DNA of 64,000 bases from Amoebophrya sp. A120 (taxonomy: Eukaryota; Protista; Dinoflagellata), in the NCBI GenBank assembly GCA_905178155.1, contig CAJINV010000008.1:3683420-3747419 (forward strand), written 5' to 3'. Shown here in pieces: positions 55,701-64,000 of this stretch (position 1 is the first letter of the stretch; each line of letters begins with the position of its first letter). The notes under the pieces are model-generated. The model searched no databases, was not told the DNA's origin, and was given only the letters and a program-made list of their open reading frames with translations. The translations under genes and the position numbers were made by a program.

Positions 55701-58700
55701 AGTTGCCCCGATTTATTACTATTTTTTTCGTACTCGGTCACTAATCGTTTTTTTTCACGATCACGTTCAGTGGACTGGTGCCAGTATAAGCATAGAAACA
55801 CGGCTCCGAATGCTGAGACGTAGATACGATTATAGCCGTGGGTCCTTTGCTTGTAGTTTTTTCCAGCGCCAAACCGAGTCAAGTCAATATGACGAATAAT
55901 AAAGTTTCTTTTTTCTTCGATGCACGAGTCTATATCGTATGGCGAATCTCAATACAACAATACTAACTACGTATGGAAATATGAATATCTCAACAATCCA
56001 CATCGTGTAAAATTTCGCGAGTCTATATCGTATGGAGAAAATCAAAATTGTCAATCTCAATAGAATCAGGGGGAGTTGCGGCAGAATACTAGTAAAATTC
56101 TAGTGGCAGCATTCAATTAAGTGAAAGAAGTGTGGCGGCAAACGTAACTGATAGCAAGAAGGAATAGGCGAGGAACAAAGTTTCGAATTCGATGTGCAAA
56201 ATAGAAGCCAGCATTTCCATGTGTAGATTGCTTTTGAAGATTTTCTTGTTCACAGATGACTTCCGAGCAGATGCAGAAGTCATCTAAGACGAGAGCTGCA
56301 GCCGCAATGTAGACTTAGCATTTCTTTTTGATTGAAGAAATAAAACAGATAAATATTATCTATCAAGCGACAAGAGTTCATCTTCGTCAACGGGAGCAGT
56401 TACAGTTAGTCTCGCGGCTTGGTTAAAAGGGCCGCAGGGCTTACACCTGTTACCCATCCCATCGACGATGGTCTCTTTTTTTTTCCGCAAAGGTGGAGCA
56501 TCGTCTTCAGCCGTGTTTTTTTGTAAAGTACACCCAACGCAACACTACCCTTTTTTATTTGAAATCGTACGAAGCTAATAAAAGTAAGTAAAACTAAAAG
56601 TAAAAACACGAGAAGGTAGGCCTTGTCCTTGTGGTTACTGTGACAAAACCACCGCAGTTACGTTTTTCTCCGAAGGGATCTCCTTGTCAACTTTCTGTAA
56701 AGATAAAGAAAAGGCTAGAAGGATGAAAGCTCTTTTTTTCTTAGCTCATTTTGTAAAGACCACGCATTACCCCGCGAGCGGAAAATAGACCAAACAAAAA
56801 GAATAGGCTTGGGAAATGGTAATGCAGCGAAATAAATGATCCCTCACCCTCCGTTTTCCACATTTTGTATGATGGCAGCAGAATTATATGACGCAAGACT
56901 AAAAAAGTGAAAAGTTCTTTCCAATCTGTATGTGTGGACAAACGTAGCTACCGTTTACAACTGTTTGGATTCACGTGGTTGACTTTTCCACGTCGCAAAG
57001 CTTAGCACAGTCGTCTTGAAGAACTATGTCGTGAGCTTTTTTTCACTTCTTCAGAATTACTGGATACAAACGTAGCATTGCGGCCAGTTTATCTAAACAT
57101 AAACTGAAATCCCGACGAATGGATAAAAATACGCAGGGACTTATAAATATATATGTCTATCACTTAGGGCTCCTCATTTCATCTGTATTTGCTCCGCTTC
57201 TTCTCGAGAGGATAGAAGAACTAGGAACCACGTCGAACAGTGCTAGTACAGCAAAAGCACGACGACCGTGGTTCGAGCTATAATTCTTCATTATCATTGC
57301 CTTGGATTGAACTTGAAGTGTGCGTTTTTGCAGCATCTTTTGTGGGACCACGAGTAGTTTGATGCTACAATTACAGCACAAGGCAGGAGGACGAGGATTC
57401 GGATCTAGAAGTTTTGACGAATAAATACTGCAGACAAAGAATATAGAAGGTCCTCGCAAAAAGGAAGTTGTCTACGATTGTCTCCAGGAAATGTCAAGCT
57501 GCAAAAGGGTCCCGGGCCCACTCCTGAGGGAGGAGAAATTTTATGAGGAAATATTGTAGAGCATCACTAAAAAGACTAGCAAATAAGAGAAAGCCATGAA
57601 ATGCTGACAATAAACTTTGTTGTAGAAAGGCAGCTTCTGCTTCAGTCCGGGAATTTTTAGAATAGCGCCCTTGTATGTTGAAGACTAAGAATCGGCTTTC
57701 ATCGACATACTTTGTGGCCGTTGCGATGAAAAAACGAACAAAAAGAACAACGGGTGAAAATAAAAACTCATCGAGGCGGTTGGAGCAAAGAACAGAAGAA
57801 ATTGACGACACGCGAGCAATATGATCAGTAGCACATTGCTAAAGGCTAGTACGACATTGAACTTGATAGTTTTTATTTGATTTTTCACTTGAGATTTCTG
57901 TTTCTACAAGGACGCAAATTTTCGAGATTAGATTTACTTCATTCTGCGAAACAAAAAAGCCAAATCCAGAGTAGAGCCGACGTTTTTCCGTGCGTTTTCT
58001 TTGCGGTGAAACTTTCTGCTCCGACTTGATAGGATATTTCTCGCATAGTGCACACGAAGTTTCAGCAACATCTTAGGTACGACAGCGATCTTGCTATGGG
58101 GCGTCGTCATTTAACACACAGCTGCATTTATTTGTTATGTTTGGCGATGCCTCCGCTGTAGTTTCGCGAAACGTCCACCTTACCTTTTTTTACTTCTCTA
58201 AACTGTTTTTTTTTTCGGCTTCGGGTATTCAATGAATACGCATCCTAGTATTTATGTCCACGCGGTTGAGCCGTAACATGTTGTTTATGCGATCGTTCGA
58301 CGAAATCATGGTGCTCATGCTCTTCAAAACGACATTCGTCTTTTTCGAACCACCTCAAACAAGCCGACCCTAGAGTTATTTTCACATAGATCGGATAGAG
58401 TGGTTTGTATCGACAGCGAAACAGCCGCTACCCTACGCGATCGTCATCTTACTTCCCTGTTTTGAAAAGGCTCTTCCGATTGAATTGTCTTGTTTACATC
58501 ATAAGTTACAATTTAGACGACATTTTCTGACCTGATGGAAATGATCGTCGAATAGCTTTTGCTATGTGCGACCAAGCTGTACTGCGGTCCGGCTATCGAA
58601 GACTTCAGTACTACTTACATTATTTCAAGCGGTTTATTTTGGACGGAGATTTAGAAGAGCATCGTGAGCAATTGTTGATGGTATAATTCTTCTGTGACAT

Positions 58701-59821
58701 CAAAGCACGGAATCAGAATAAAACCAACACAAAAGGAATAAACCTCCTGCCATGTTCGTTGTTGGCCACTGAAAACACCAATGAGGAACGTCCACGAACG
58801 CGAACACTGTAACCTGTAAAGCTTTCGTATGGACGTGGACCACAAGAATCAAGTGAACCCATGGGGTTGCGCTATATATTTTCTTTTTTTCAAAGTTTAA
58901 CGCGACCGGCTTCGAAAAAATGAAAAAAAGGTATGATGTGGCCCCCCCAGCTTCCGATGAAAAGAAACCGTAAACTTGGCTCGATTGGCTTTCCTCGCGT
59001 CGACATCCTCATTTTGCTTCGCTTGACGCCGCCGCTGCTGCAGAGGATTTTACAAGAATAGCCGAGCAGCCGACGTTGTGCTTTCATTTTTCTTTGTCCT
59101 TCTGAATGTCAGATACAGACACCCGAAGCCACTACAATATGACCGACTAGAATATGACCCACAGCCACAATAGTTGTAGTGGAGTGATCAAGTTCTGTAA
59201 CGTCCTCATCTTGTGAATCATGGCGCGACCTCGATTTTATTTTTTCTTGTTCTTCTTCAAAAGACCATCTGGAACTGCCAGCGAAAATAAAATGTCTTGT
59301 CGCAAATTCTTCGACCTGATACTGCAAAAGTAATCACCAAAGTTGGGTTACCTATCACATCTTTATCCGGCAGTGAAATTCTGCGAAGTGTGTTCTGTAG
59401 TTTAAAGTTTTTTGTTTATTGAATTGAAGACAACGCAGGGTGGTCTTTTCGTTTTGATGCTTATCGCAATGACGTTTATGAAATTAGTATCGTTGACAAG
59501 ATGGAGCGACGAGATGCAGAAAAAACAATGAAGAGCGGACTAAATTGTATCGTGATTCGTGGATATCTTGAGCGATGTTCATGCAACCGATTTGAGAACA
59601 ATAAGAATCTACATCAATCTCGTTGTGGTTTTGGTTCAATTATTCGCTCGCAATGGGAATGGGGACGATAGGGCATTGAGTGGGGCCCACTTACTACAAG
59701 TTACATGTTGCGTGCTGCAAAAACAAGTGGTTTCGTTTGCGCCACCAACTTTTTGTGTCAAAAGTACTAGCTACGAGTACGAGAAGCTCCACTCTACTCC
59801 ACCAAAGAAAAATAACTACAA

Positions 59822-61252
59822 ATGACGATGAATAAAAGTCCGACCTGCAAGGGCTCCTGGATGGCGAGGTCTACTACGAGGACCTCCGTACAGTTGCGGA
59901 CAACGCCCCTTTCCACTATGGTGCCGTTGTTCCTGTTCTTTTTCATCCCAGCGAGATTTTCAGGAAGTGTCAATGCCCTGCTGCAACGGGAGCGTGTAGT
60001 TGAGACCACGAGGGCCGCAAGGTACGCGCCTTTCGCTCCCGGCGCGCAGGGAAAAATAGAAGGTGATGAAGTTGGAAGCACAGAGGCGCAGCGCGACGAA
60101 TTTGATGAGAGATCGCGACCGGATCTTCATTCGCATTCCGCTTCCGACCAGCACTACAGCCTCCCAGCGCTTCACAGTCTGAGCTTTCGAGGCATCAAGA
60201 ACCTCGGGCATAGGCTTCTGCAGCGCGAAACGAGGATTTTTCAGGTAGCAAATTGTTGAAACTGCTCGTAGTTCGTTGTTGAAATGCCTTTGCAAAAAGA
60301 ACGGCGCATAAGTACTTTATCATGTTAAGTCGTCGCGCTCTATGCATTTTTTCGAAATGTCTGACGGTGACGACACGATTATTTATTTTACACAGTCCAT
60401 CTTTTCCCCGTCCTCTAGCGACAACGAGGAGGCACCAGCGGAGCAGCCGAGGAGAGAGCAGGATGTGGCATCGTCAACACCAAGCATGCTGCTGCACGAA
60501 CAGAGTAAAGACACGACAAGTCTTCAGGGCGAGTTGTACCACCAACAAAAGGTAAAGGACCAGCAAATAAATAAGGTTATACAACAGGAATACCAGGTTT
60601 CCGACCGCATAGTTTCGACGTCCTCTGCCGGCAGAAGTGCAGTGACCGCCAGAAACCGGCAACGAATGAAGAAAACGCGGCCCTTGGACATCCGGTTGAT
60701 TATCATGACGCTCGTTATGCTGGTCACGTGCGGGTTGTTGTTTTACCTGATTCAGCAGAAACAAGCAAAACTGGACGAGATGACCAAAATGGTGGAAGAA
60801 AGCGGGATCGCGCCGCCTGGCGGGCCAGAATCGTCGACTGGCGCGGGGGCGGGAAGTAAAGCCGAGGACGGTGCTGGAGGTGGTGCAACGGCCGCCACGG
60901 GCGGAAAAAACGAAAACATCCTCGCTGTGGGAGACAATGTGCAAGTCGTGGAGGGGGAAACCAGTCCCGAGCCGGGCGCAAGTCCAGCGGACGGAGCAGC
61001 AGGTGAGTCTCGTTTGTATCTATCATGTTTTTGTGTTGTTTTGGACTACTTATTCTAGCTTTACCGCATCCGCATGTAGAAGTAGAAGATCATTGAAACT
61101 TGGAATTCCATGATATGTAGTTTAGTTAGTTACTGATTCATTAAAACAAAAACTGCAAAAAAGGTGATGCTGCCGCTCCGGCCACTGATGCTGCAGCAGA
61201 ACCGCCAGCCGCCGAGCCCGGAGCGCCGGCAGAAGCAACGGCCGCAGGTTGA
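59822..61252 (+). CDS. Hypothetical type I membrane protein, 3 exons
   Basis: Hydrophobic signal-like segment MVPLFLFFFIPARFSGSVNA; TM LIIMTLVMLVTCGLLFYLI; GT-AG introns 60245-60394 and 61003-61163 (approximate). Confidence 0.6.
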
Positions 61253-62186
61253 TGAGCGGGAGGAGAATAGATGTACAGGCCGCGAAACAAAAGACACAAC
61301 CAGAAGCTCTGTAGTTTGGGGTGCAGCCAGTTTAACGTTCTTTCGCCTGGCGGGGGCGATGAGCATGTTCATACAGCGCAGATGAGTATTGATTTTTGGA
61401 GATCCAGTAGTTGGAATCCGAAAACAAGCGGGGGCTTCGCTTTACTTTATCAAGTGATGCGGATGTCGAGGACGGACCACGCGCATTTCTCTGATCGAGT
61501 TGTAGCAGCACTCTCTGCTCTCTCCTTTCACAGCAGTTTCAGTTGTGCGTACGTTTCTGACTGTTTCCCAGAAAATGAAAATATCAAGGAGAAACAAAAC
61601 AGTCCTCCGAGTAAATGGAATCCAGAGCTGCAGCTTATGACTCCCAAGAAGGTTGAAGACTAGGCACTGCTCATTACTGTTCCTTCAGGTCTATATTGCA
61701 CAGAGATGGATATGGCTGCTGGCAGTTTTTGCGGTTCCGAGCCAGCACGAAATAAAGCCGCGGCGCTCTCATACATCAATGTTGCCAGAGCAAGAGTTTT
61801 TTGAGCGATCCATCGTACAAAATCGTGAAAAGGAAAGCTTGGCGTTGAAGGTAGCACATGAAGCAGAAAGCGAAAAAAATCGGATCCTCATTTTCTGAAA
61901 GTTCCAATAAAAAATGAAGTTCCGTGTTATTGATGAAGGTGAATTTTGTCGAAATCAAACAAGCGTTCCCGAGATCATCTGCGTTTCTTCGCAAAACCAT
62001 CCTGCAGGACCCCCCTATTTCTTGCGAAAAATAATTATTTCAGAATTGGCCATTTTTTGCGGTGAGTATTGGTATAATTACCCCCATAACAAGCCCTACC
62101 CCAGACTACCAACATGTAAGAAAAATTTAGAGGGTCAATATTCATCAAGACAAAGCCGGGTGGCTTCTGTTTGGTGCGTGAAGAGA

Positions 62187-64000
62187 ATGTCCTCACGCCC
62201 AACTTATAGGGCGCAACAAGACGAAATCGGTTCCTTGGACGACCTAGACCAGCTAGAGCGTAGCGTCGCAGCGCAGCTGAGCAACCTCGGGCTCAACGAT
62301 GCCAGCGCGCTGCTCAGTGAAGCTGACAAGGCGCTGCTCAAGAGCTTGGACCACAGCGCGGAGGCTGCGGCACGAGGACCAGCACATGTTGGAGGTCCAG
62401 ACGACGAACTGCACGGTTTGTTGCAAACGGACGACGCCGACCTCGCAGCCCAAGTCGCAGCGCTGAGCGACGAGGAGAACGAGCTGGAAAGGGAACTGCT
62501 TGCAGAGATCAATGACGGCAAGGACGAGGTTACTGGTTGTACTGGGCGGGAGATGAACAGCACCAGTGATCATGGGCAGCCAACATCTACTTCGCTACAA
62601 CAACGTGCCCCGAGCCCGACGCCGAGCGGGAGCGCCGTCGGCGAGAATATTAAGCAGAGGAACAAGCTCCGCACGACCGAGGGGGAAAAGTTTTCCCAAG
62701 ATGTTCTTGCTGGTGAGAATAACAAATCAAGATCTTCTGCTACGCCGTCGAGTAAGAAAGGTGAACGACTGCTCCCGCAAGAAAGCTCCGCCGATGCGGA
62801 TCACGACCAGGCTCTGCAGGAGTTACTTGCCGGTGACGACGATGACGACGCCTACGGGGAATTCAGTTTCGCAGAGGTCGAGATGCACGCGTGTTGCGAC
62901 AATCTGGAAAGCTTCGACGTGCTCCATTGGTGGCTGGCAGAGCTGAGGAGGAGAAAAGATAAAGAAATAAAGCAAGGAGGAACTTCTACTACAACTAGCT
63001 TTCCTTACGCGCACCTGCTGGACCGGGAGATGCAGGCGCAGGAGATCGAACAGACTGAGCAAAAAATCGCCAGTCTCACTTTTGAGATCCAAAACGGCCT
63101 TCTGCTGAAAGACGACTACGCTGAAAAAGTGAAAAAGGCGATGCAGAAGGACGAGAAGTTGCGAGTCTGGTTTGCCGAACACAACCGAGAAACTGACGCT
63201 GCGATCTGCGCCGAGAGGATCCGGATCGCGAAAGCCGAGTTTGAAGCTGCGGAGCCCGTTGAGCTAGAGGTCCTGCAGAAATTCGAGGCGGAACTCAACC
63301 AGCGCATTCTCGGCTACAAACAGGGCGCCTTTCGCTGGGTCAAGTTTTGCAAGGCATACTGTCAACACGCAGCGCCTTCGACGTCGGTTACTGCTGGCGC
63401 TTCGACGGGGGGCGTCGTGGGGGCCACCAGTAGCAGTCGGATCAACATATCACCAGTAGTGGTGCAAGATGGGTCGTCGTGCGGTGCAAGAACACCTGCG
63501 GGAGCTGCAGCAGCAGCACCACAAGAAGCACGGGCGGTGTACATGAGACACGCAAAGTGGTTGGCGGAGCAAGTGAAAATTTTAGAGGGGTACAGAGACG
63601 AGATCGCGGTCGTTACGGCAGCAGCACAAAAGGGTGGCGCTGGCGCGATAGGTGAAATTGTCCTCGATGAACAAGCAGGCGGCGCGGAGCAGGAAAAAGA
63701 CGACGAGCCTCCCTGTTGTATAGGCCGACGGCAGCTGGAAGACATGCGGAAAAGCCTGCCGCCGACGTTCAACAAGTCTATTCTCATGTACGGGTTGAAA
63801 GGACAGCACGACCAGCATTCGCGGCGGGTGGGGCGTTCTGTTCGTGATGTGCAGGAACTGCAGGCAGAGCCTGTTCCTGCCAGTAAATCTACACGGCCAG
63901 CAACACAGCAGTCATCTTCATCTACCTCTAGCTGTAAAAGAAGTTCTTGTTCGTCTATGGAGGTGCAGCGTCGCGGCGTCGCTTTCTACTGGCGAGACAA
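62187..64000 (+). CDS. Partial ORF, possibly CC2D1/Lgd-like (runs off the window)
   Basis: MSSRPTYRAQQDEIG...; no stop seen in my translation; ESFDVLHW...IQNGLLLKDDYAEKV...ERIRIAKAEF and LNQRILGYKQGA recall CC2D1 helical/DM14 segments. The family call is tentative. Confidence 0.55.
   Translation, partial: MSSRPTYRAQQDEIGSLDDLDQLERSVAAQLSNLGLNDASALLSEADKALLKSLDHSAEAAARGPAHVGGPDDELHGLLQTDDADLAAQVAALSDEENELERELLAEINDGKDEVTGCTGREMNSTSDHGQPTSTSLQQRAPSPTPSGSAVGENIKQRNKLRTTEGEKFSQDVLAGENNKSRSSATPSSKKGERLLPQESSADADHDQALQELLAGDDDDDAYGEFSFAEVEMHACCDNLESFDVLHWWLAELRRRKDKEIKQGGTSTTTSFPYAHLLDREMQAQEIEQTEQKIASLTFEIQNGLLLKDDYAEKVKKAMQKDEKLRVWFAEHNRETDAAICAERIRIAKAEFEAAEPVELEVLQKFEAELNQRILGYKQGAFRWVKFCKAYCQHAAPSTSVTAGASTGGVVGATSSSRINISPVVVQDGSSCGARTPAGAAAAAPQEARAVYMRHAKWLAEQVKILEGYRDEIAVVTAAAQKGGAGAIGEIVLDEQAGGAEQEKDDEPPCCIGRRQLEDMRKSLPPTFNKSILMYGLKGQHDQHSRRVGRSVRDVQELQAEPVPASKSTRPATQQSSSSTSSCKRSSCSSMEVQRRGVAFYWRD

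Noticed and set aside
55925-56035. 18-bp direct repeat cgagtctatatcgtatgg
   Set aside because: Only two copies; most likely a local duplication in intergenic DNA.
55700-59820. Hidden gene or RNA gene in the 4-kb AT-rich gap
   Set aside because: No convincing ORF, tRNA or rRNA pattern is visible by eye.

Overview
Gene-dense eukaryotic DNA with all genes on the + strand. The intron architecture strongly suggests the parasitic dinoflagellate Amoebophrya (A120-like), but the taxon is inferred, not proven. Ten host genes can be reconstructed: CFAP73/CCDC42-like, a Cys-rich membrane protein, a Kelch/coiled-coil protein, a TTLL3/8-like tubulin glycylase, a GT32-like glycosyltransferase, a GH15-like hydrolase, ADAL, a giant JMJD5-like JmjC protein, a type I membrane protein, and a CC2D1-like ORF running off the end. 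About 20 non-canonical introner elements interrupt them (TAT...ATA terminal inverted repeats, 5-nt direct repeats). A full-length, recent Copia LTR retrotransposon (11189-18233) with an unusual FVDN RT motif and a TA...CA LTR truncates the Kelch gene. The most striking unexplained structure is a 6.8-kb array in the last ADAL exon: six direct copies of a ~45-bp ADAL coding segment separate five 0.9-2-kb cassettes. One cassette is a synonymously diverged copy of the TTLL/GT32 junction ~14 kb upstream.
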